Positions 12,437-23,227 of a stretch of DNA of 64,000 nt are shown here, piece by piece. The stretch's first letter is position 1, and every line of letters starts with the position of its first letter. A program made the position numbers and the translations under genes. Below the pieces are notes generated by a model, which was not told the DNA's origin, searched no databases, and worked only from the letters and a program-made list of their open reading frames with translations. The stretch is from Octopus sinensis (taxonomy: Eukaryota), in the NCBI RefSeq assembly GCF_006345805.1, contig NC_043022.1, forward strand, positions 20,522,001-20,586,000. The letters run 5' to 3'.

Positions 12437-12740
12437 GGGCGAGCTGGCAGAATCGTTAGCACGCTGGGCGAAATGCTTTGCGGTATTTCGTCTGCCGTTA
12501 CGTTCTGAGTTCAAATTCCGCCGAGGTCGACTTTGCCTTTCATAATAATAAAATAAATAATGAAATTATTGTATACAGTGCTCAGGTGCACCACAAGCTC
12601 AGGTGCACCATCATCCTTTCGGGGTCGATTAAATAAGTACCAGTTACGCATTGGAGTCGATATAATCGACTTAATCCGTTTGTCTGTCGTTGTTTGTCCT
12701 CTCTGTGTTTAGCTCCTTGTGGGTAGTAAAGAAATAGATA
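12437..12740 (+). mobile_element. tRNA-derived SINE, family C
   Basis: Head ggcgagctggcagaatcgttagc...gagttcaaattcc and body ending aaagaaatag; numerous copies (14263-14503, 25712-25935, 27108-27480, 36930-37160, 48545-48750, 52060-52620, 55310-55540). Confidence 0.8.
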
Positions 12741-12913
12741 TAATCGAAGCATAAGATATAATTAGATTAGGCCATGATAAATTTTAATAGCGTTGAAACT
12801 TAAGTACTATTAAAAAAAAGTTAATGGCTTACGATCAGCTAAAAAAAAAAAGACAAAATACGTTATCACTTTTACAAAATACTCATTAATTAAATACATG
12901 TCATGTAATAAAA

Positions 12914-13140
12914 AGGTATTACTTAAGAAGAGTGATCCCGGTACGCGCACTCGCGTACTCGCGCATCCGTGCTTGCTAGTCGTGACTAGTCGATCCTTAC
13001 TTTGTTTTTGTTTTATTTACTTTGTGTAAAAAAATTATTTATTTTGTGTTTTATTTACTTTGCTAGGTAGTCGTTGTAGGATCGACTAGCTAGCGCGGAT
13101 GCGCGAGCGCGCCGGGACCACTCTTCTTCAGTAGTACCTA
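12914..13140. mobile_element. CpG-rich fold-back element / MITE
   Basis: Imperfect inverted arms about 12914-12998 and 13076-13140 around a T-rich spacer. Confidence 0.6.
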
Positions 13141-13287
13141 ATAAAAATATATTACATATTATTTATTCCCTATATTATGATATTCTAATTCATTCGAAGC
13201 GGTTCGATAACGAATGAATGAATGGAATTTTGAATTGTTCAAAGGGTCATGTGTAAGAGAGAGTAAGGGGGCTGGAAATGGTGGCAT

Positions 13288-13360
13288 TTTGATTGGTTGT
13301 TTTCTAGCGGCATGTGGCGTTTGTCGATTCTGATTGGCTGTGAGATGGTGTTACGTCAGG
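13288..13360. promoter_or_regulatory. Candidate promoter: two inverted CCAAT boxes plus a CRE-like site
   Basis: ATTGG at 13292 and 13333 (ctgattggctg is the NF-Y consensus) and TTACGTCA at 13351-13358, in non-repetitive sequence. Confidence 0.4.
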
Positions 13361-14765
13361 TAAACCACTTTGATAAACAAAAGCATTAAAAATCTGGTTT
13401 GATTCTACAGCGACAACAGTTCCGTGAAAAAATGTCAAAATTTGCTAAACTTGCAAAATCAGGGAGAAATAATTAAAAATAATAAAAACGTGTGGAGGTG
13501 GGGGGAGGCGAGCGTCGGTAAGAGGGAGGGTAGAAGGGAAACATGAAAAATGACGGAGTCGGAGGGAGAATAAATGATATCGTAGATATAGTAAAGAAAG
13601 AATGAGAGAGAGAAAGGGAGGTAGATGCTGTTGAGACAGAGAAAGAAAGAAGGGGAGGATGAAATTGGAATCTCTTTCTCTCTCTCTTTCCCTATCACGA
13701 GAAAGAGAAGCCTGGTACATATATTATTAGTCTGTTTTTGTTTTTGCCAAACTGCAAGTTTAGGGGGACGCAAACAACCCAACACCGGTTGTAAAGCGGT
13801 GGTGGGGTATACACACACAGGATCTTAGTGAAAAGACCCCCCACACACACACGTATAGGCGCAGGCATGACTGTCGTAAGAAGCTTGCTTCCCAACCACA
13901 TGGTTCTGGGTTCAGTCCCACTGTGTGACCACACCTTGGGCAACGGCAATAAAGATCGATGCTTTAATAAAAAGTACTGAGGGCGATTCTTCATTCGACC
14001 AAAACAATTCTTCAAGGTGGTGCCCCAACATGGCCGTAGTCTAATTACTGAAACCAGTGAAAGATATATATATGCATGCACACACATGACGCGGGCTATC
14101 TTTCCGTATCCAAATCCACTCACAAAGATTTGGTTGGCCCTGATACTTGCTCAAGGTGTCACGCAGTGGGACTGAACCTGCAGCCATGCGGTTCGGAAGC
14201 AAACCGCTTACCACAAAGCCACGTCAGCGGAAATACAGAGGTGGTGGTAGTAGTGGTGGGGAAGGCAGCGAGCTGGCAGAATCGTTAGCACGCCGGGCGA
14301 AATGCTCAGCTGTATTTCGTCTGCCGTTCGTTACGTTCTGAGTTCAAATTCCGCCGAGGTCGACTTTGCCTTTCATCCTTTCGGGGTCGATAAATTAAGT
14401 ACCAGTTACGCACTGGGGTCGATGTAATCGACTTAATCCGTTTGTCTGTCCTTGTTTGTCCCCTCTGTGTTTAGCCCCCTTGTGGGTAGTAAAGAAATAG
14501 GTAAGCAGTTAGTGGTGGAGAGGTGAAGTGAAAGTTATGAACAAAAGGGCCAAGAGGGGAATAGTGTGAGAAATAGAATGAAAAGGAAGAGAAAGAGACG
14601 AAAAGATAGGGAAAGAACGAAGTTGGTGTTCTTTTCTTGGAAAGATTTTCAGAAAATTTGCGTCTTGTAGAAGGGTGGAGTGAACAGGAAAGAGAATAAG
14701 TGAGAGTGATTGGTATTAAAGAGAGAGGGGGAAATAGGGAGAGAATGTGAAGGAATCTCTCTCTC

Positions 14766-15124
14766 TCTATAAAGTTGTCTGTGTATGGCAGGTTTGGTAG
14801 CCTTCAACTAACACTATCTCCTCCGAGACCCTGCGGCGCAAGTTGACCAAAATTGAGAGTATCATAGAAGAAGGCTTGCTCTTCCTTCCGTAGAAGAAAA
14901 AATTCAAATCGGACCATGTTAACACCAAAAATTATTTACATCAAAAAGGTGCTTTTTTTCTATGAAAATCCCTATTTTTTGTTACAAATTTTTGACTGCT
15001 GCATCGCCATTTTTTGGTGTATTTCAACCAGAAAAATGTTCACTTAAAGAGAATAAATAACAAGCTACATAATGCAAAATTTTTACTTTTCAAAAATTCC
15101 AATCCTAAAGGGTCGAAACAAACC
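14766..15124 (+). mobile_element. Non-autonomous Helitron, 3'-truncated
   Basis: Colinear with 57608-57989 but stops before the terminal hairpin/CTAG. Confidence 0.65.
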
Positions 15125-16025
15125 CTGTGGGTAATAAAGAAATAGGTGTTTCGTCTGCTGCTACGTTCTCATATCCAGAATATGAGGAGAGGTTTCATGA
15201 AGAATTCATTTAGTTCACTTACTATGAGGAGTGAAGAATCTAACTTTTCGGGCTCTTGTCCTGCGTCAGAAAGTTTGAGGAAGAGACAAAAAGTGGTGAT
15301 GTTGCTTTGGCTGGAGTCAAATAAACATTTCGATCGATTTAGCTTTATTTTATCTTCAAAATTTTATATCGAAACATTGGTAGCAAGCGACTGATATATA
15401 GAAAGGAAAAACAAAACTTTGAAGATAATTGCGAACAGAAACAACTATTGGAATGAGAATAGAGACAATAAGGGAACTTCTGAGCGGTCCATAAATCTGC
15501 TAACAATAGCAGCGAAATTCCCTTCAAATTGGATCTTACTGTCGTGAAATAAAAGAAAGGTTACACTGGACAATGAAGTCATAAATATACAATATTCCAA
15601 TAGACGGGCTGGTGATGGCCGGAATGCTTTTCACTAATAGATTTTTTTAAAAATAGGGCCGACATGGGGCTAAACACCAAACAACTACATGGGGTTGTGT
15701 TCGAAATTAAATGGATACATTTGGCGGTGATGATTTAGTAAGTTCATGCACCCCCTAGATCGAACACATCTACAAAATTGTCTCTGTTTTGGGGGAAAAT
15801 TATTTCAGATGAACTATCGCCCTATTCGCGATCCGGGGGATTACGTGTCTCTCAGCCGTTTGCTGCGACAGAAACTAAATTTTTAAAAAATTCATCATTT
15901 CTCTCAGTATATGTGTATATACGTATATATATGTATGTATGTATATATATATATATATGTATAGCATCGTACGGTTATCGACTGAAGCATATACGTTATA
16001 TATACGTGTATGAGTATTGTGTATG

Positions 16026-16056
<31 letters not shown>

Positions 16057-16147
16057 TATTTATTTATATAGTTACATATATATACATGCATATATGTATA
16101 TATATACATACACATATATAAATGTATAATATATATACATATATATA

Positions 16148-16201
<54 letters not shown>

Positions 16202-16320
16202 CACAATCAAGGAACGACCATAATAGGCCATTAACCCACTAGAAAAACAGCCAAAAGCTTCAACCGCGCAAAAACATCAATTCCGTAAACCAGGAGAAAA
16301 TTAAAAACATTTACCTGTAA

Positions 16321-16423
16321 TTTCTTACGATGCACCGTTTCATCTACTTTTTAATGGTAAACTAACCTGATTAATTAAATCAAGCCAATCTACCATAGGC
16401 CCTTAGAATCATCAGTAAGAAAT
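16321..16423 (-). ncRNA. Hammerhead motif of the inverted unit (2-nt deletion at the cleavage site/stem I)
   Basis: tcatcag at 16409-16415, tttc at 16338-16341 and acgatgcaccgt at 16327-16338 on +. Confidence 0.55.
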
Positions 16424-16744
16424 AGCCAAGTCGGAACAGATATTTTTCACGAGGCATTCCGTCCCTGCCTCGGCAATATCTGACCTAAAATTTTCAAATC
16501 ATCGCACTCGCGCCAAATTTATCGGCAGCAAATAAATATAAGCCGCCGATTCCATTACGGAATTAACCAGAAAATTCATAATTAATCAATATAGGGTGGC
16601 AAAAAATTTTGTAGAATTTTTTTGCCACCAGCAAAAAAATTCTACAAAATTTGGCGCGAGTGCGATGATTTGAAAATTTTAGGTCAGATATTGCCGAGGC
16701 AGGGACGGAAATGCCTCGTGAAAAATATCTGTTCCGACTTGGCT

Positions 16745-16850
16745 ATTTCTTACTGATAATTCTAAGGGCCTATGGTAGATTGGCTTGATTTAATTTAATC
16801 AGGTTAGTTTACCATTAAACAGTAGATGAAAGGTGCATCGTATAAGAAAT
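16745..16850 (+). ncRNA. Degenerate hammerhead motif, unit 1
   Basis: CTGATAA in place of CTGATGA, and C15.2 missing after GAAA. Confidence 0.5.
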
Positions 16851-17232
16851 TACAGGGTAAATGTTTTTTAATTTTCTCCTGGTTTACGGAATTGATGTTA
16901 TTTTGGCGTTGAAGCTTTTGGCTGTTATTTCTAGTGGGTGAATGGCCTATTATGGCCGTTCCTTGATTGTGATGTTGAACTTAAAAATGGTCTATGAATA
17001 TTTAATTTTTTCCCACTAGGCCGCTGGTGGCAAAAAAATTCTACAAAATTTTTTGCCACCCTATATTGATTAATTATGAATTTTCTGGTTAATTCCGTAA
17101 TGGAATCGGCGGCTTATATTTATTTGCTGCCGATAAATTTGGCGCGAGTGCGATGATTTGAAAATTTTAGGTCAGATATTGCCGAGGCAGGGACGGAAAT
17201 GCCTCGTGAAAAATATCTGTTCCGACTTGGCT

Positions 17233-17339
17233 ATTTCTTACTGATGATTCTAAGGGCCTATGGTAGATTGGCTTGATTTAATTTAATCAGGTTAGTTTAC
17301 CATTAAACAGTAGATGAAACGGTGCATCGTATAAGAAAT
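17233..17339 (+). ncRNA. Type I hammerhead ribozyme motif, unit 2 (core intact)
   Basis: atttctta-CTGATGA(17241-47)-extended stem II-GAAA(17316-19)-cg-gtgcat-cg-TA-taagaaat; 8-bp stem I; predicted GUA cleavage at 17331/17332. Confidence 0.8.
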
Positions 17340-17721
17340 TATAGGGTAAATGTTTTTTAATTTTCTCCTGGTTTACGGAATTGATGTTATTTTGCGGTTG
17401 AAGCTTTTGGCTGTTATTTCTAGTGGGTGAATGGCCTATTATGGCCGTTCCTTGATTGTGATGTTGAACTTAAAAATGGTCTATGACTATTTAATTTTTT
17501 CCCACTAGGCCGCTGGTGGCAAAAAAATTCTACAAAATTTTTTGCCACCTATATTGATTAATTATGAATTTTCTGGTTAATTCCGTAATGGAATCGGCGG
17601 CTTATATTTATTTGCTGCCGATAAATTTGGCGCGAGTGCGAATGATTTGAAAATTTTAGGTCAGATATTGCCGAGGCAGGGACGGAAATGCCTCGTGAAA
17701 AATATCTGTTCCGACTTGGCT

Positions 17722-17829
17722 ATTTCTTACTGATGAATTCTAAGGGCCTATGGTAGATTGGCTTGATTTAATTTAATCAGGTTAGTTTACCATTAAACAG
17801 TAGATGAAACGGTGCATCGTATAAGAAAT
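17722..17829 (+). ncRNA. Type I hammerhead ribozyme motif, unit 3 (core intact, one extra A after the core)
   Basis: CTGATGA 17730-36, GAAA 17806-09, predicted cleavage after 17821. Confidence 0.75.
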
Positions 17830-18208
17830 TACAGGGTAAATTTTTTTAATTTTCTCCTGGTTTACGGAATTGATGTTATTTTGCGGTTGAAGCTTTTGGC
17901 TGTTATTTCTAGTAGGTGAATGGCCTATTATGGCCGTTCCTTGATTGTGATGTTGAACTTAAAAATGGTCTATGACTATTTAATTTTTTCCCACTAGGCC
18001 GCTGGTGGCAAAAAAATTCTACAAAATTTTTTGCCACCCTATATTGATTAATTATGATTTTCTGGTTAATTCCGTAATGGAATCGGCGGCTTATATTTAT
18101 TTGCTGCCGATAAATTTGGCGCGAGTGCAATGATTTGAAAATTTTAGGTCAGATATTGCCGAGGCAGGGACGGAAATGCCTCGTGAAAAAATCTGTTCCG
18201 ACTTGGCT

Positions 18209-18316
18209 ATTTCTTACTGATGATTCTAAGGGCCTATGGTAGATTGGCTTCGATTTAATTTAATCAGGTTAGTTTACCATTAAACAGTAGATGAAACGGT
18301 GCATCGTATAAGAAAT
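18209..18316 (+). ncRNA. Type I hammerhead ribozyme motif, unit 4 (core intact)
   Basis: CTGATGA 18217-23, GAAA 18293-96, predicted cleavage after 18308. Confidence 0.78.
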
Positions 18317-18712
18317 TACAGGGTAAATGTTTTTAAATTTTCTCCTGGTTTACGGAATTGATGTTATTTTGCGGTTGAAGCTTTTGGCTGTTATTTCTAG
18401 TGGGTGAATGGCCTATTATGGCCGTTCCTTGATTGTGATGTTGAACTTAAAAATGGTCTATGACTATTTAATTTTTTCCCACTAGGCCGCTGTGGGCAAA
18501 AAATTCTACAAAATTTTTTGCACCCTATATTGATTAATTATGAATTTTCTGGTTAATCCGTAATGTTGAAATCGATTGCGGTTTATATTTATTTGGTGCC
18601 GTCATAAATTTGCTGCCGATGGTCGCGAGTGCGATGATTTGAAAATTTTAGGTCAGATATTGCCGAGGCAGGGACGGAAATGCTCGTGAAAAATATCTGT
18701 TCCGACTTGGCT

Positions 18713-18816
18713 ATTTCTTACTGATGATTCTAAGGCCTATGGTAGATTGGCTTGATTTAATTTAATCAGGTTAGTTTACCATAAACAGTAGATGAACGGT
18801 GCATCGTATAAGAAAT
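18713..18816 (+). ncRNA. Hammerhead motif, unit 5 (GAA instead of GAAA)
   Basis: CTGATGA 18721-27; one A missing in GAAA; this unit has many 1-nt indels that could be consensus errors. Confidence 0.55.
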
Positions 18817-19035
18817 TACAGGGTAATGTTTTTTAATTTTCTCCTGGTTTACGAATTGATGTTATTTTGGCGGTTGAAGCTTTTGGCTGTTATTTCTAGT
18901 GGGTGAATGGCCTATTATGGCCGTTCCTTGATTGTGATGTTGAACTTAAAAATGGTCTATGACTATTTAATTTTTTCCCACTAGGCCGCTGGTGGCAAAA
19001 AAATTCTACAAAAATTTTTTGGCACCCTATATTGA

Positions 19036-19091
<56 letters not shown>

Positions 19092-19160
19092 CACACACAC
19101 ATATATATATATATGTACATACACACACACATATGTATCTACACATATATACATACATAG

Positions 19161-19908
19161 AAGTTATCGGTGATCTACTTCAAGTTCCGTACTTGAAAAA
19201 TACAATATTCAATCGGGCTTATATAAAGATTTCCATGTGCGATCCAGCAAACATTCAGACTCATTATAAAATGGGTACTCAGCAAGAATCCACGAGAATA
19301 TGCGAAAAAAAGAAGAAACGCTCTAAGAGAAAGGGAAATAATTCATACATTAATCGCTCACGAATTGTAGACTCTATATAGCCGGACGAATATACATCCT
19401 CATTAAGCTGAAGAATAGCACCGATTATTTAACCTCGAGAGCTGAAATATTTACAAGATGTAGGCATATAGACAAATTTCTGTCAGTCGAAGAATTCCAC
19501 ACTTGGTTACACTCATATTAAAATGCCTCTGACAGGTACCACACCTATACATTGAAGACTTACAAGTTCAGTATTGACATATATTCCCATAGAGAAACCA
19601 TACTATGTAACTGTTTGCCATATACACTCAGCTGAAATATTTACAAGATGTAGGCATATAGACAAATTTCTGTCAGTGGCAAACTTCTCACTTATGTCTT
19701 GATTAAAGAAACAACATCTAAATTCCAAGAACTGAATTATCTCTCTTTCCCTTAGAGTGTTTCTTCTCCTTCTTTCACGTTTCTCTCGTATATTCTCAGT
19801 GGGTAGCCTTATGATACGAGCCTGAACCATACATGATATGCTTTACATAAGCGCGGCTGAATATTCTACTTTTCAAGTACGAAACTTGAAGTGATCTAAC
19901 CATAACTT
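19161..19908. mobile_element. Old TIR element with ~70-bp diverged inverted ends and a 48-bp internal direct repeat
   Basis: Arms 19161-19230 and 19838-19908; direct repeat 19440-19487 = 19630-19677. Confidence 0.55.
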
Positions 19909-20105
19909 TTATATAAAATTATATTCCACTCTTGCAGGATTTTCTTTTTTGTTTTTGTTTATTTTTACTGATACTATCAACGAACGAATCATATAGAAGT
20001 TAACATCAACGGGATTTAAATTCAGAAAATAAAGACCCAGAACAAATATCGCAAGAATTTTTTGCCGAAGCTCTAAAAAAAGGTCTGAAAAATAAAAATA
20101 ATAAT

Positions 20106-20148
<43 letters not shown>

Positions 20149-20908
20149 GTAGCCCCTAAATAAGTGGATTGCAAAAGATCGTATTTGTGGGCACCTCACA
20201 TATTTGACGTAAATTCCTCCTCTTGTAAACACAATCTTATCCATTCAGTTTTCATATAAATTTTATAAAAAAGAATTTATTATATTTTTTATAACACACA
20301 TTAGATTTTCAATTGCATGGCACCTCAACTGCTTGCATCTTTAGATGCAAACACTTGTTATACCTTGACGTCTCTGGTTCGAGATTTGGTAGCAGCTTGG
20401 ACAAATAAAAGCAAAGGCAAAACAACATAATAATAATAATAATAATAGTTTCTAACATAGGCACAGAGCCAGAAATTCGAAGGAGGGGTTAGTCGATGAT
20501 ATCGACACCACTGCTTTATTTCATGGACCTGGAAGGGAAAAAACGGCAAAGTTCAGCACGGTCGGATTTAAATTCAGAATGCAATGAGTCGGAAGAGATA
20601 CTGCAGCGCAAATTTTGCAGTCGCTCTAACGTTTCTGCTTGCCTGGAGTTTTAATAATAATAATAATAATAATAATGATAATGGCTTCGAATTTTTCCAC
20701 AAGGGCAGTAACTTTGGGGGAGTGGATGAATCGATTACATCGACCCCAGTGTTCAACTGTTACTTATTTTAACGTGCTGAAAAGATGAAAGGCAAAGTCG
20801 ACTTCGGCGGAATTTGAACTCAGAACGTAGCGACGGGCGAAATACTGCTATAAATTTCGTCCAGCGCGCTAACGATTCTGCCAACTCGCCGCCTTAATAA
20901 TGATGATG

Positions 20909-20941
<33 letters not shown>

Positions 20942-20945
20942 GTAA

Positions 20946-21039
<94 letters not shown>

Positions 21040-21455
21040 CCTTTTTACCATACATACAAAGCCTGAAATTGTGGGAAGGGAGTGCTCGACTAGTACTTAT
21101 TTTATTGACCCCCAAAGGATGAATGGCAAAGTCGACCCCGATGATATTTGAACTTAGAAGGTACAGACGGACGGAATGCCCGCTAAATATTTTGTCCGGC
21201 GTTCTAACGATTCTTCAAGCTCGCCTCAATAATAATAATGTTTTCAAATTTTGATACAAGGCCGGCTATTTTGCGGGGAGGGGCTAAGTCGATTACATGG
21301 ACCCCTGTGCTCGATTGGTATTTATTTAATCGACCCCAAAAGGATGAAAGGCAAAGCCGACCTTGGTGGAATATCAACCCAGATTTCAACCCGGATGAAA
21401 AGCTGCTGAGCACTTTGTCCGGCGTGCTAATGATCTGCCAGCTCACCGCCTTTTC

Positions 21456-21490
<35 letters not shown>

Positions 21491-22297
21491 CAACAACAAC
21501 ATCCTTAAACAACACTAATTCAGGGACCTTTTGAACGGAATGGGCTACTCGACCTGAAGAAAATTCTAACTGGACCCCACCTGCAAGGTTATGCGCTGTT
21601 TATCTTGATATAAGATCACCATGTCCACGCACATATGATTGTGATGCATGTGTCTGGTGTACCCTTATCAGACGGGTAATAATAACGGGTATATTGGAAT
21701 TCGTATATTTGTACCCCAGCGTTACTTTGATGGCATGCACTGCTCTCTCACTCAATAATAATAATAATAATAGTAACTGTTTCTGGTTGAGGTACAAGAC
21801 CTGAAATTTTGAGAGAGGAATTCGTTGATTGCAGTAATCAACAGGTGTTTTATTTTATGCTCAACGGAAAGGTAAAGTTGACCTCTGAGGGATTGCTTTC
21901 CTCTTTCCGTTGTCGATAAAACCCAAATGCAGACGCCACAAGTATTTAAGAGATGGGAAAATACAAAATATTTCGACTCTAGTCCTGACTGATATATATT
22001 TTATACTATAACAATATACAGTAACAATAAGGATAGTAATAACAGCAAATAGGAAAGACTAAAAGTAACAATGATAATCGTTTTTTGTTTTAGATACAAG
22101 GCCAGCAATTTTACGGGAAGAGGAATGCTTGATTAAATCGGACTCAGTACTTCATTTATCGACCTCCACCCACAGAGACGAAATGCAAAGTTGATCTCTG
22201 TGGGAAAGAGTTGGAAGAAAAATACCGTATGGCATTTTGTTCGGCGCACTAACGCTTCTGTAAATCCACCAGCCTTAATATCAATAATAATAATAAC

Positions 22298-22356
<59 letters not shown>

Positions 22357-22361
22357 TAATA

Positions 22362-22920
22362 AAATGCCCTGATGCAGTACCAGGCAGTGGCTCTCATGGC
22401 TTCTGATCTTAACTGATTGGAAGTGTTATCATGTACATTGTTTTGTCTTGGTATAAAAGATGGGCTACAGCAAATATTCTGCTCAATACCACAGATTTGC
22501 TTGTCAGTTGTTTGACCATAACCAGTTGAGCATGTCCCTTAGTGGCTGACGATATGTGCATCTCTGACCACGAGCAGAAGTAGGGGGGAGCATCATAGCC
22601 ATGTGTTGAGAGGGATTCTTTGGGGTTTGAATAGTTCACCTCTGGAAACATGGGTGGTTCTTTCAACATCCTTAAACAACCCTTATTCAGGGACCGTTTG
22701 AGCGGGATGGGCTACTCAACCTGAAGAAAATTCTAACTGGGCCCCACCTGCAAGGTCATGTGCTGTTTATCTTGATATGAGATCACCATGTCGCGCACAT
22801 ATGGTTGTGATGCATGTGCCTGGTGTACCTTTATCAGACGGGTAGTCATGATGGGTATATTGGGCTTCGTATATTTTACCCCAGTGTCACTTTCATGGCA
22901 TGAACTGCTCTCTCTCACTC
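22362..22920 (-). mobile_element. ~555-bp interspersed element (family D) inserted in (ATT)n
   Basis: Reverse complement of 28175-28729; partial copies at 21500-21755, 27680-27810 and 49673-50120. Confidence 0.8.
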
Positions 22921-23005
22921 AATGATAATAATAATAATAAATAGAACAATGTAAAAAGAAAAACATCAAAACTGATAGAAACAATAAGAGAAAACGATAA
23001 TAATG

Positions 23006-23045
<40 letters not shown>

Positions 23046-23227
23046 TAATAATAGCAGTAGCAGCAGCACAGCAGCAGCAACAGCAGTAGTAGTGGTGAAG
23101 GAAAATGAATTTTATTTATTGTCATTTTTCTTTTTTTTTGTCTTGTTCTTTTTATATATCAGTTCGTTCTGTCTGATAGTTTTTTTTGGCATGGATGTAT
23201 TTTTTTTTATTATATTCTGCTCGGTAG

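Larger units (their letters stand above)
16201..19040 (+). repeat. ~488-bp tandem array (5 forward units plus one inverted partial unit) with a hammerhead motif per unit; retrozyme-like
   Basis: Marker ggcgcgag at 16653, 17141, 17629 and 18118, with a degenerate copy at ~18621; 16201-16520 is the reverse complement of ~16648-16972; (TA)n on both sides. Confidence 0.93.

Noticed and set aside
16990-17060. Helitron explanation for the 488-bp array (on minus the ggtggcaaaaaa hairpin is followed by agcggc-CTAG-T)
   Set aside because: No TC start follows CTAG, the array ends do not coincide with this site, and the hammerhead plus G-U polarity point to the + strand RNA; kept only as a weaker alternative
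22540-22600. CTGACGA box in the family D element as a hammerhead
   Set aside because: No GAAA box or closing stems follow
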